Below are positions 1-9,198 of a DNA stretch of 64,000 bases, piece after piece. Both the position numbers and the translations under genes were made by a program. The stretch lies in NCBI GenBank assembly GCA_028690155.1, contig JAQVBU010000002.1, forward strand, positions 21,282-85,281, in the 5' to 3' direction. The notes below the pieces were generated by a model. It was not told the DNA's origin. It saw nothing but the letters and a program-made list of their open reading frames with translations, and searched no databases. Numbering within the stretch: the first letter of the stretch is position 1; every line of letters begins with the position of its first letter. The stretch is from Alphaproteobacteria bacterium. Its GTDB lineage: Bacteria; Pseudomonadota; Alphaproteobacteria; UBA9219.

Positions 1-621
1 GTCAAAAGGCCTTTCTTTGTGCGCCAACTCCTTGGCGAACAAGGCCTTCGTTTTTTCAATATGACGGTCGATCCATTTCAGAAAGGGTTCTTTCCCATAC
101 AGCTCTGCGCAGTCAAAAAGCCACGGCGCGTTCTCATCCCGTCTCTTTGTCGACACGATTTCTTTTCGCAAGGTCTCGAATTGTTTCTGAAGTTGCGGCA
201 GAAATTCCTTTTCGCATAAAAAGGCATAAGGAATTTTTTCCGCCTTGATAAGATCCATATTCAGGACCTTCTTCAAGGCGATGAACGATCCGCAAAAGAG
301 AAGATCGAAGAAGCGCTGTTGATAAATATCAGCGCTGTAAATGATCCGCAAAGGATAGGCCTTTCTTCTGTCGGGCCCATCCTCTTGGAAAAAACCTTTT
401 GTCAAGGTTCCGAGATATTTTTCATAAAAAATCAAGGGAATTTTTCTATGCAACAAAGCAAGAGCTTTATCAGAATAGTTTCTCTTGCCTTCTTCCGTAT
501 ATTCCATCGTTCCTGAACCAAACTCGAAAATAATAAAAATCGGATCAAACATCTCCAACAGGGCTTCTGAAGTTTGATCTAATGATTTTTCATCTTTCTC
601 TTCTTCAAACATGGAAGCCAT
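1..621 (-). CDS. Partial gene (N-terminal 207 codons; continues past the window start): uncharacterised N-terminal domain paralogous to that of the adjacent AAA+ ATPase; probably itself an AAA+ ATPase
   Basis: Manual reverse-strand translation from the ATG at 619-621 (MASMFEEEKDEKSLDQ...) runs stop-free to position 1. The block AYPLRIIYSADIYQQRFFDL...ENAPWLFDCAELYGKEPFLKWIDRH aligns with FPLQMVYRTVFADSQIFNL...KAAPWIRDCVEMFGEKPLLDWIDLH of the 527-aa protein at 662..2245. An AGGGGGA Shine-Dalgarno sequence lies upstream. The ORF is absent from the track because it runs off the window edge. Confidence 0.55.
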   Translation of the reverse strand, partial: MASMFEEEKDEKSLDQTSEALLEMFDPIFIIFEFGSGTMEYTEEGKRNYSDKALALLHRKIPLIFYEKYLGTLTKGFFQEDGPDRRKAYPLRIIYSADIYQQRFFDLLFCGSFIALKKVLNMDLIKAEKIPYAFLCEKEFLPQLQKQFETLRKEIVSTKRRDENAPWLFDCAELYGKEPFLKWIDRHIEKTKALFAKELAHKERPFD

Positions 622-661
622 AATCAATCCCCCTTATACCGCTCGAATGCGCCGCCCGTCG

Positions 662-2245
662 CTAACAGAAATAGCTCAAAGAAGTATTGAATCGTGACGT
701 TGCCGCCGGATGACGCGCCGTTCGAACGCGCTTGAACGTTTTCGTTTCACGGTCAAAAAAAGGAACGTCTTCGACATGAAGCGTGGCCAGATCCTTATCG
801 CGAAGAACCTCGGAATCATCGCTTCTTATAAGAAAGGTCAAGCTTTCTTTGCCAATATTAAGGGCGTGAGCGCTCATCATAGCATCCAGAACGGACAGAG
901 CCGTTCTGGCATTCCCAAAGGCCTCCCCCATAGCCTCTTTGGCTTCAAGAAGCCGATCAAGCGCCACGTCATAAGCCTCGGGATCGATCGTCAATCCCCG
1001 CGCGGAAGCGGCACGGGTCAAAATCTCCCGGAGCTCGTCCTCCTTATAATCCGGGAAATAAAACCGCCCTGGAAAACGCCCGGCAAGACCTGGGTTCATC
1101 TCAAGGAGAAACTCCATTCTGGAAGGATAGCCTGTAAGAATGACCACCGTGTTTTTGTTCTCAGTTATAAGATTATTCAACGTATCAATCGCACTTTGTT
1201 GATAGGACGTACCGCCTTGACTGCTTTGGGCCCACGAGTCAGCTTCATCAATGATAATGACGCCGCCCTCGGCCTCGGCAAACAGTCCGTTCAGACGATC
1301 TTCGGTATGGCCAACGTAAGCGCCAATCAGTTCCGATGCGCTGCAAAAGATAATTTTGTCGTCCTCCAAAAGGCCGTGGGCCGCAAACAACTCCCCAAGA
1401 CACTTCGCCACAGTCGTTTTGCCGACACCGGGGGAACCGAAGAAAACCATATTTTTGAAATCGCCCTCGGGAAATTCTGTCGCATCGGTCCCGTCTTTTT
1501 TCAGCGCATAGCTTTTCCGCAAGAACATAGAATAAAGCTGATTTCCGACGCATTCTTCAACATGCTCTTTGATGTCATCGAGACCGACAAGGGCATCCAG
1601 CTTTTTTTGCGCCTCTTCCAATGTGCCGGTATAGCGATAGGCGTCGAACGAACTATCTTCATAGCCTCCGTTTTCCTCTCTAGAATCTTCTTCTATAAAG
1701 GAATCAAGCGTTTTCGTGTGGAGATCGATCCAGTCCAAAAGAGGTTTTTCCCCGAACATCTCGACACAGTCCCGAATCCACGGGGCGGCCTTGCCTTGCG
1801 TTTCCTTTGAATTGAAACCAGAGATTTCCTTGGCCAAGGCTTGAAAGTCTTTCTTGATCACAAGGGCTTCGTCACAAGACGCCACAAAAGTGTAAGGCGT
1901 TGTCTTGTCCCGGACAAGATGCCTGTCGTCTTCCAAAACCTGCAAAGACGCACATATGAAAAGATTGAAAATTTGAGAATCGGCAAAAACGGTCCTGTAG
2001 ACCATTTGCAAAGGAAAGGCCCTTTTCTTGCCGACTTCAAGCGGTCTTGAAAAATCTTTTTTATTGTTGGCGTAAAGATGCTCAAGGACAACCCGTTTCT
2101 CTACAGGCCCTAACTGACGAAGAGACTCCCCCGCATCCTGAACCGTCTGAGAAAATAAGCTTTGCCCACTTTTCTTCCGTCTCTCTCTCATAAATTTATA
2201 AGCTCTGTAAAGTTCCAGCACTGAAATCTCCCGCCAAAAAAACAA
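662..2245 (-). CDS. AAA+ ATPase of the CbbX/SpoVK type with a ~220-aa uncharacterised N-terminal domain
   Basis: 527-aa ORF. Walker A motif GSPGVGKTTVAKCLG, Walker B/sensor region VIIIDEADSW, and CbbX-like C-terminal motifs (ILTGYPSRMEFLLEMNPGLAGRFP). Confidence 0.8.
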   Translation of the reverse strand: MFFWREISVLELYRAYKFMRERRKKSGQSLFSQTVQDAGESLRQLGPVEKRVVLEHLYANNKKDFSRPLEVGKKRAFPLQMVYRTVFADSQIFNLFICASLQVLEDDRHLVRDKTTPYTFVASCDEALVIKKDFQALAKEISGFNSKETQGKAAPWIRDCVEMFGEKPLLDWIDLHTKTLDSFIEEDSREENGGYEDSSFDAYRYTGTLEEAQKKLDALVGLDDIKEHVEECVGNQLYSMFLRKSYALKKDGTDATEFPEGDFKNMVFFGSPGVGKTTVAKCLGELFAAHGLLEDDKIIFCSASELIGAYVGHTEDRLNGLFAEAEGGVIIIDEADSWAQSSQGGTSYQQSAIDTLNNLITENKNTVVILTGYPSRMEFLLEMNPGLAGRFPGRFYFPDYKEDELREILTRAASARGLTIDPEAYDVALDRLLEAKEAMGEAFGNARTALSVLDAMMSAHALNIGKESLTFLIRSDDSEVLRDKDLATLHVEDVPFFDRETKTFKRVRTARHPAATSRFNTSLSYFC

Positions 2246-2308
2246 CGAATCTAAAAGATAACGGGATGATAAGGCCCCTCATAACATCTTGAAAAGCAAA
2301 AAAGATTA

Positions 2309-3208
2309 TTAACCAAACCTCTGCGCCCGCTGCCCCATCAGCGCCGCGCCCCGCATACCGGCCAAAGCGCCGAAAGAGGACGGAACGAAACGGGTCTTTG
2401 GTTTTTTGCAGATAGAGTAAAGCCCCCACCGTTCAGGAACCGCCTCATAAAGCCCCGGCAAGGCGTTCAACCCACCGCTGACCGTAATCACATCAGGATC
2501 AAAGGTGTGCAGAACAAGGGTCATCGCCTTGGCGACGATCGTATAATATCGGTCCAATACCCTCAATGCATCGGGATCGCCTTGGCGCGCCAGCGTCGCG
2601 ATCGTTTTTGCGTCCGCTTCCTTTTTCGTCAGAAACGCGTAAAGGCGGGCCAAAGAACCTCCCGAAATATGCTGTTCGATGCAGCCCGTTTGGCCGCATC
2701 CCGAACAATAAACCATCGGGCCGTCCGCGTCGTCGCAATAAGGCAAAGGCAAATGACCGACCTCGGCCGCCAAACCATGGAGGCCCGTCCACAATCTCCC
2801 GTCGAGAACGAACCCTCCGCCGACGCCCGTTCCAAGAATGAGGCCGAAGACGGAACGGAATCCCCTGCCCGCCCCTTCAAGGGCCTCGGCCAGCGCGGCG
2901 CAGTTGGCATCGTTCGTAAGAGGAACGGACCGCTTAAAAAGCGCCGCAAAATCCTTGGAAAGATTCTTGCCCGCCAGATACGGAATGTTCGAGCATGTGG
3001 TCTCGTCAACGTACGGCGCGCATACGCCAAGCGTAGCCCCAGAGCCCTTGTCTTCCAAGGCGTGAACCACGGAGGCGCAGACATCCAAAAAAGCTTCGTA
3101 GCTCGACGGCGTCGGTCGCCACTCGCGAGTCAACTCGCTCCCGGCGTCGTCATACAATGCCCCCGCAATTTTCGTTCCGCCGATATCAAGGCCTATGGCA
3201 CACGTCAT
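2309..3208 (-). CDS. ROK-family sugar kinase (N-acetylglucosamine kinase / glucokinase-like)
   Basis: MTCAIGLDIGGTKI N-terminal ATP motif, ROK zinc motif CSGCGQTGCIE, and GTGVGGG. The start codon was chosen to overlap the stop of the upstream ribbon-helix-helix gene (ATGA). Confidence 0.8.
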   Translation of the reverse strand: MTCAIGLDIGGTKIAGALYDDAGSELTREWRPTPSSYEAFLDVCASVVHALEDKGSGATLGVCAPYVDETTCSNIPYLAGKNLSKDFAALFKRSVPLTNDANCAALAEALEGAGRGFRSVFGLILGTGVGGGFVLDGRLWTGLHGLAAEVGHLPLPYCDDADGPMVYCSGCGQTGCIEQHISGGSLARLYAFLTKKEADAKTIATLARQGDPDALRVLDRYYTIVAKAMTLVLHTFDPDVITVSGGLNALPGLYEAVPERWGLYSICKKPKTRFVPSSFGALAGMRGAALMGQRAQRFG

Positions 3209-3405
3209 ATCTGTTTCCTCAAACGCTTGAGAACATAAAGGCGCAACGCCCGCGACAAATTGCATGTACGTTGCGCATCAATTTCTGTCACCAAGTCCTT
3301 CAACGAAACATGATCCTCCGCCGCAAGATCTTTTAACGCGTCCCAAAACTCCGGCTCCAACGAAACGCTGGTGTTGTGGTGCGCTATGCGGATCGATCGC
3401 TTCAT
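3205..3405 (-). CDS. Ribbon-helix-helix domain protein (RHH_4 family, often mis-annotated as aryl-sulfate sulfotransferase)
   Basis: 66 aa. The pattern HNTSVSLEPEFWDALKDLAAE...NLSRALRLYVL matches the conserved alphaproteobacterial RHH_4 small-protein pattern. Confidence 0.65.
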   Translation of the reverse strand: MKRSIRIAHHNTSVSLEPEFWDALKDLAAEDHVSLKDLVTEIDAQRTCNLSRALRLYVLKRLRKQI

Positions 3406-3580
3406 GGGAAATACCGCTGCCGAGGGTTAACGTCTTCTGATTCTTTACTTCTTCTTCTGTTTACCACAATCGCTATGGATTTTAGCAAGTCCATGTTTTA
3501 TAGTGCGTCCTGTTGGTTTTATGGGGGCATGGCTCCTTTTTTTCGGCGCCGAATAATGCTCCTTTTGAGCATAATTTTCG

Positions 3581-4600
3581 GTGGCTTCTGGAGAGCTTAC
3601 GGAATTGATGGTTTCTTCCACTCTTGACGATGCGTTACGCAGAAACGCCGCGCTTTATGAACACCTCAAGCCCGTTATTTCCGAAAACGAGTGGGCGACC
3701 ATGGTTGAGGACATTGACGCTATCGTGCGTCTTAAAAAAGAGCGTAACGCCGTCATCTTGGCTCACAACTATATGCGTCCCGAAATCTTTCACGGCGTCG
3801 CCGACGTTCGGGGGGACTCGCTGGCCCTTGCGCGCAAGGCGACCGCGATCCAAGCCGATGTCGTCGTCATGGCCGGCGTTCATTTCATGGCCGAGACGGT
3901 GAAGCTTCTGAATCCCTCGCGCACCGTTCTTATCCCCGACCCTTTGGCTGGATGTTCGCTGGCCGATTCCATAACGCCTGAAGATGTGCACGCCTTGCGC
4001 GCCCAATATCCGGGCGTGCCCGTCGTGACGTATGTCAACACCTCCGCCGCCGTCAAAGCCGTCTCGGATCTATGCTGCACGTCCGGTAACGCCAAAAAAA
4101 TCGTGGAGTCGTTGAACGTGCCGCGAGTCATCATGATCCCCGACGAATATCTGGCTCAAAACACAGCGCGGCAAACGAAGGTCGAGATTGTGACATGGAA
4201 AGGCCATTGCGAAGTCCATGAACGCTTCACGCCCGACGACATTCGCCTTTTCCGCGAACAGACGCCCGGCGTAACGATTCTGGCGCATCCGGAATGTCCT
4301 CCAAGCGTCGTCGAGGGGGCGGATTATACCGGCTCGACGGCCGACATGATGCGCTGGATCAACGAGAAAAAACCGGAAAAGGCCGTTCTGCTGACCGAAG
4401 GGTCGATGAGCGACAACGTCTCTATCCAAGCGCCTCAAACGACGTTCATCCGCCCGTGCGAACTTTGCCCGCACATGAAACGGATCACGCTGGCCGGCAT
4501 CAGGAAGTCGCTTGAGACGATGGAAACAAAAGTCGATGTTCCTGAAGCCCTTGCCGAACCGGCTCGACGGGCAGTCGAACGCATGATCGCGGTGTCCTGA
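3581..4600 (+). CDS. nadA: Quinolinate synthase NadA
   Basis: ILAHNYMRPEIFHG, VVTYVNTSAAVKA, IRPCELCPHMKRITL; strong NadA signature. The true start could be the internal Met at 3608. Confidence 0.9.
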   Translation: MASGELTELMVSSTLDDALRRNAALYEHLKPVISENEWATMVEDIDAIVRLKKERNAVILAHNYMRPEIFHGVADVRGDSLALARKATAIQADVVVMAGVHFMAETVKLLNPSRTVLIPDPLAGCSLADSITPEDVHALRAQYPGVPVVTYVNTSAAVKAVSDLCCTSGNAKKIVESLNVPRVIMIPDEYLAQNTARQTKVEIVTWKGHCEVHERFTPDDIRLFREQTPGVTILAHPECPPSVVEGADYTGSTADMMRWINEKKPEKAVLLTEGSMSDNVSIQAPQTTFIRPCELCPHMKRITLAGIRKSLETMETKVDVPEALAEPARRAVERMIAVS

Positions 4601-6057
4601 TGAAACCGGTTATTCTCGGCGCAGGCCTCGCGGGCCTCTCGACGGCGTTGGCTCTTGCTCCAAGGCCTGTAACGCTCGTGTCCCCGTGCGCGCTCGGCGA
4701 CGGATGCAGTAGCGATCTGGCTCAGGGCGGCCTTGCCGCCGCCGTCGGCGAGGACGACACCTGCGCTGCCCATGCGCGCGACACGCTTCTTGCCGGGGAC
4801 GGCTTGAGCGATGAATCCATCGTCGATCAAACCGTCAGCGACGCGCCCCATATTGTCGATTATCTCGAACGTTTGGGCGTCGTCTTCGACCATGACGCGC
4901 ACGGAAGCCTGAGCCTTGGCCGCGAGGCCGCTCACAGTCGACGCCGCATCGTGCGGGCCAAAGATACGACCGGGCATATCGTGACCCAAGCGCTGATCCG
5001 CGCCGTACGGGCCACGCCGTCGATCGACGTTTGGGAACAGGCGCGCGCAATACGCATCGTTGCCGACGAGGGCCGTGTTCAAGGCGTTTTCCTTAGAAAA
5101 TCGAGCGAAACCATCTGGCGGCAAACGTCGGCTCTCGTTCTGGCGACGGGCGGCGCCGCCGCGCTTTGGCAAGAGACCACGGTTCCTCATGAAAACTGGG
5201 GAAGCGGCTTGGCCTTGGCCCTGCGCGCCGGAGCGACGCTGGAAAATCTGGAGTTTCTTCAATTCCATCCCACCGCCATTGACGTGGGGCTTGATCCCAT
5301 GCCTCTGGCCAGCGAAGCCTTACGCGGCGAAGGTGTGCCTCTTGTCGATGAAACGGGGCAACCTTTTACCGACAGTCTTCAACGCCGCGATATCGTGGCC
5401 CGGGCCATATGGAACCATATTCAGGAAGGCCATCGCGTTTATCTCGATGCGCGCGAGGTTTTGGGCGCGTCCTTTGCCTCCCATTTTCCGACGATCGATG
5501 CCTCCTGCCGCGCAGCGGGCATCGATCCGGTCACAAGCCCCATCCCTGTCCGTCCGGCGGCGCACTATCACATGGGCGGAGTCATGACGGACGAACACGG
5601 ACGTACGAGCGTCGAGGGCCTTTGGGCTTGCGGCGAAGTCGCCTGTACGGGTCTTCACGGCGCCAACCGTCTTGCCAGCAATTCGCTGCTCGAAGCGGCC
5701 AGCTTCGGGCAAAAAGTCGCCAACGATATTTTAGGACACGACGTGATTTCCGCGCCACCCCCATCCTGGGACGAGCCTTTCAAGCCCGACGATACCGCCC
5801 AAGACAGCCTTATCCGAAAAGCCATGAGCCGGTATGTCGGCGTTGTCCGGGATCATGACGGCCTGCAACAAGCCATGGACTTTCTGTCGCCTCTGGCGCA
5901 ACAATCCGACAAGGCTCTGGTGGGCCTCATGATCGCCGCATGCGCTCAGGCCCGCCGGGAAAGCCGGGGCGCTCATTTCCGGAGCGATTTTCCCAAAACG
6001 GCGCCGAAGGGTTGTCCTTCCCATTTTGCCTTGTCCGATCTGGAGGCTCTTCTATGA
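4600..6057 (+). CDS. nadB: L-aspartate oxidase NadB
   Basis: N-terminal FAD-binding motif ILGAGLAGLSTAL, FHPTA, GLWACGEVACTGLHGANRLASNSLLE. The start overlaps the nadA stop. Confidence 0.9.
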   Translation: MKPVILGAGLAGLSTALALAPRPVTLVSPCALGDGCSSDLAQGGLAAAVGEDDTCAAHARDTLLAGDGLSDESIVDQTVSDAPHIVDYLERLGVVFDHDAHGSLSLGREAAHSRRRIVRAKDTTGHIVTQALIRAVRATPSIDVWEQARAIRIVADEGRVQGVFLRKSSETIWRQTSALVLATGGAAALWQETTVPHENWGSGLALALRAGATLENLEFLQFHPTAIDVGLDPMPLASEALRGEGVPLVDETGQPFTDSLQRRDIVARAIWNHIQEGHRVYLDAREVLGASFASHFPTIDASCRAAGIDPVTSPIPVRPAAHYHMGGVMTDEHGRTSVEGLWACGEVACTGLHGANRLASNSLLEAASFGQKVANDILGHDVISAPPPSWDEPFKPDDTAQDSLIRKAMSRYVGVVRDHDGLQQAMDFLSPLAQQSDKALVGLMIAACAQARRESRGAHFRSDFPKTAPKGCPSHFALSDLEALL

Positions 6058-6908
6058 CCCCTCTTCCTGATATCCTGCTTCGACCCATCGTAGAAACCGC
6101 CCTGCGCGAAGACCTTGGCCGCGCCGGCGATCTTACAACCGATTTTATCGTTCCGTCCGACGCCGTCCTTCGCGCCGCCATGAACGCGCGGCAACAGGGC
6201 ATCGTGGCGGGCATGGATCTGGCGCGTTTAGCCTTTACCCTTTTCGACCCGTCGGTTTCCTTTAGCGCGCTTAAGCAAGACGGCGAGGCCGTACATCCGG
6301 GCGATTGCCTTGTCCGCGTCGAAGGACCGGCGCGAAGCCTTCTGTCCTCCGAACGAACGGCGTTGAACCTTCTTTCGCATTTAAGCGGTATCGCCTCGGA
6401 AACCAACAAGCTCGTCAACGCCGTGTCGGACTTCAAAGCTCATATTTGCGACACGCGCAAAACAACCCCCGGCCTTCGTCTGGCTGAAAAGTATGCCGTT
6501 CGCGCCGGAGGCGGTCTGAACCACCGTTTCGGCCTCGACGATGCCGTGTTGATCAAAGACAACCATATTGCCGTGGCCGGAGGCATTCTGCCGGCGCTCG
6601 AGCGCGTCCATAAGAACGCCGGCCATCTTGTAAAAATCGAAATCGAGGTCGATACGCTCGCCCAGCTTGACCAAATTCTCGCGTTGCAGGAGACCCTGCC
6701 CGTCGATGCCGTTCTGCTGGACAATATGCCCGCCCCCCTCCTCGAACAGGCCGTCGGCAAGGTCGGCGGACTCTTTCTGGTCGAAGCGTCGGGCGGAATC
6801 ACGCTTCAAAACGTAAAATCTATCGCCGCCACAGGCGTTGATCTCATCTCGGTCGGCTGGATAACCCACAGCGCCCCAACTCTGGATATCGGTCTTGATA
6901 TCGGCTAA
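6054..6908 (+). CDS. nadC: Nicotinate-nucleotide pyrophosphorylase (carboxylating) NadC
   Basis: The ATG at 6054 overlaps the nadB stop. MTPLPDILLRP..., and ICDTRKTTPGLRLAEKYAVRAGGGLNHRFGLDDAVLIKDNH matches the QAPRTase family. Confidence 0.88.
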   Translation: MTPLPDILLRPIVETALREDLGRAGDLTTDFIVPSDAVLRAAMNARQQGIVAGMDLARLAFTLFDPSVSFSALKQDGEAVHPGDCLVRVEGPARSLLSSERTALNLLSHLSGIASETNKLVNAVSDFKAHICDTRKTTPGLRLAEKYAVRAGGGLNHRFGLDDAVLIKDNHIAVAGGILPALERVHKNAGHLVKIEIEVDTLAQLDQILALQETLPVDAVLLDNMPAPLLEQAVGKVGGLFLVEASGGITLQNVKSIAATGVDLISVGWITHSAPTLDIGLDIG

Positions 6909-7002
6909 CAGCCCGCTTTTCTGTATCTTTTTGTGCGCCGCGGCATTCAAATGAAGCTTCTTTTATGCTATCAAGGCACCTTAATCTTTTTGATGTGATT
7001 CT

Positions 7003-7848
7003 ATGAGCCGGAAAAAACGCCCTCTGCGAGGCAGTATCTCGCAAAACAATATATCGACCCGCAGACGTGGCTCGGAAGACGGTATTGGATTCCTGACGCG
7101 CCTCGGCATCTTGATGAGCGCACTTCTCCTCTTGGTCTTAGCCACCATTGCCTGTTGGTATTCCGGCTGGCCGCAACGTCAGGCGCATAACCTTCAAGAC
7201 TCCTTGATCTCTCTGACGAAAGACGCCGATTTCGCCGTCAAGAACACGGTGATCGAGGGGCAAAAGCATCTTGATCCGGCCGTCATCACCGACGCCCTTG
7301 GCGCCAAACAGGGCACGCCCATTCTGTCCGTCGATATTAACGAAGCCGCCGAGAAACTCGGCGCGCTGCCGTGGGTAAGCACCGTCGTCGTCGAACGGCA
7401 ATTGCCCTCGACGCTTATCGTCACGTTGACGGAACACGTGCCGACCGCCCGCTGGCAAAACGACGGACATTTCAGCGTTCTCGATGAACAAGGCTCGATC
7501 CTTCGTGCCGCCAACCCCGAAAATTTTCTGTCTTTGCCTTTGGTCGTCGGCAAGGGAGCCGACCATGAAGCGACGGCGCTTTTGAACGCCTTGGCGGCCT
7601 ATCCGGATATTTTGAGAAAATTCACCTCGGCCGTCCGCGTTAGTGACAGGCGGTGGGACCTTCACCTAACACAAGACATCATCGTTCGCCTTCCCGAAGA
7701 AGATATGAAGCCATCGCTTCGCCGTCTTTCTGTTCTTATTGCGGAAGAACAAATTCTTAACCGGCCCATTGCCGTGATTGATCTGCGCATACCGGATCGT
7801 CTTATTCTCGTCCCGACGTCCTCCAAAAACGGAGCGTCATCGTCATGA
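7003..7848 (+). CDS. ftsQ: Cell division protein FtsQ
   Basis: N-terminal transmembrane helix plus a POTRA/FtsQ-type periplasmic domain (LPWVSTVVVERQLPSTLIVTLTEHVP). It sits immediately upstream of ftsA. Confidence 0.85.
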   Translation: MSRKKRPLRGSISQNNISTRRRGSEDGIGFLTRLGILMSALLLLVLATIACWYSGWPQRQAHNLQDSLISLTKDADFAVKNTVIEGQKHLDPAVITDALGAKQGTPILSVDINEAAEKLGALPWVSTVVVERQLPSTLIVTLTEHVPTARWQNDGHFSVLDEQGSILRAANPENFLSLPLVVGKGADHEATALLNALAAYPDILRKFTSAVRVSDRRWDLHLTQDIIVRLPEEDMKPSLRRLSVLIAEEQILNRPIAVIDLRIPDRLILVPTSSKNGASSS

Positions 7849-9188
7849 AGTTTCTGAAAGACTGGCTTTTCAACGAACCGAGTCCCTCGCATGGCGAGAT
7901 TTTTGCCGCTCTCGACATCGGATCAAGCAAAATTGCCTGTTTCGTCGCGCGGTCGGAAAACGGCGCGACGCCCAAAGTTGTCGGCATTGGCCATCAGCTT
8001 TCGGAAGGTATGCGGCAAGGCGGCGTCTCGAACATGGAGGCGTTGCAATTTTCCATAAGCCAAGCCGTCACAGCGGCCGAGCAAATGGCTGGCGAAACGT
8101 TGCATCGCGTGACCGTCAACATATCGGGCGCGCAGCTAAGCTCCCAAGCCATCGATATCGAGCTTCCCCTGAACGGACGCGAGGTCACCGAAGCGGATAT
8201 CGCGCGCCTCCAAGCTCAGGGACAGACGCTGGCCGCCGAGGATACGATGGCTCAGCCGATGGAGCTTCTTCAGACCATTCCTGTTAACTACTCGCTCGAC
8301 GAACAAAAAGGTATTCGTGATCCTCTGGGCATGACGGGCTCGATCCTGCACGCGCACATGCATTTGATCGCGGCAGGGTTCGGTCCCGTGCGCACTCTGG
8401 CAACGGCCGTGGCAAAATGTCACCTCGACATCGACCGGCTTGTCGCGGCTCCTTACGCCAGCGGCCTAGCCTGTCTGGTCGAGGACGAAGTCGATCTGGG
8501 CAGTCTGATTATCGATATGGGCGCGGGAACGACGAGCTTCGCCGTTTTCTTCGACGGTAGCGTCGTCTTTACCGGGGGCATTCCCTTGGGCGGCGCGCAC
8601 GTGACCAACGACATCGCGCGCGGGTTGACGACGTCGCTGGTGCAGGCGGAACGGCTTAAAACGCTTTATGGCAACGCCTACGAAAGTCCTCAAGACGAAC
8701 GCGAGCTTATCGATGTTCCTCTTCTCGGTGAAGAAAACGATCCGGACAACGTCAATCAGGTTCCAAAATCGCATTTGATGCGGATCATTCAGCCTCGTCT
8801 CGAAGAAATTTTCGAGCTTGTCCGCACGGCCATGGAACAAAGCGGATTCAACGAGTTGGCCGGAAGGCGCGTCGTGCTGACAGGCGGAAGCAGCCAACTT
8901 CCCGGCGTGCGGGAAATGGCGCAAAGCATCCTTGACCGCCAAGTCCGGCTGGGACGGCCTTTGCGCGTGGCAAGGCCATCGACGCTAAGCGCCCGGACGA
9001 ATAATTCGTTCACCGGCCTTGCGGAATCCACCTCCGGCCCGGCTTTTGCGACAACGGCAGGCCTTCTAACCATTGCCATGCAGCCCGAGCTTGCCTCGAG
9101 CAGCGTCACCTCATTCAGTTCCCGCTCGCTCAATACGGGGGATACGACACTCAACCGTTTGGGGCTGTGGTTAAAACAGAACCTTTAG
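7845..9188 (+). CDS. ftsA: Cell division protein FtsA
   Basis: Actin-like ATPase fold (ALDIGSSKIACFVAR, LIIDMGAGTTSFAVF) and a C-terminal amphipathic helix (LNRLGLWLKQNL). Overlaps ftsQ by 4 nt. Confidence 0.9.
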   Translation: MKFLKDWLFNEPSPSHGEIFAALDIGSSKIACFVARSENGATPKVVGIGHQLSEGMRQGGVSNMEALQFSISQAVTAAEQMAGETLHRVTVNISGAQLSSQAIDIELPLNGREVTEADIARLQAQGQTLAAEDTMAQPMELLQTIPVNYSLDEQKGIRDPLGMTGSILHAHMHLIAAGFGPVRTLATAVAKCHLDIDRLVAAPYASGLACLVEDEVDLGSLIIDMGAGTTSFAVFFDGSVVFTGGIPLGGAHVTNDIARGLTTSLVQAERLKTLYGNAYESPQDERELIDVPLLGEENDPDNVNQVPKSHLMRIIQPRLEEIFELVRTAMEQSGFNELAGRRVVLTGGSSQLPGVREMAQSILDRQVRLGRPLRVARPSTLSARTNNSFTGLAESTSGPAFATTAGLLTIAMQPELASSSVTSFSSRSLNTGDTTLNRLGLWLKQNL

Positions 9189-9198
9189 GGGAGAAACC

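Noticed and set aside
710-1810. 366-aa plus-strand ORF
   Set aside because: It is entirely antisense to the AAA+ ATPase gene, whose motifs are unambiguous, and has a Arg/Lys-rich low-complexity translation; a GC-rich shadow ORF.
2507-3238. 243-aa plus-strand ORF, plus 2629..3084 and 2499..2792 minus ORFs
   Set aside because: They overlap the ROK kinase gene in other frames or on the other strand, and their Arg/Pro-rich translations are typical of spurious ORFs in GC-rich DNA.
3376-3627. 83-aa plus ORF upstream of and overlapping the nadA start
   Set aside because: It overlaps the nadA 5' region in another frame and most likely sits in the nadA promoter or leader. No riboswitch-like structure was recognised by eye.
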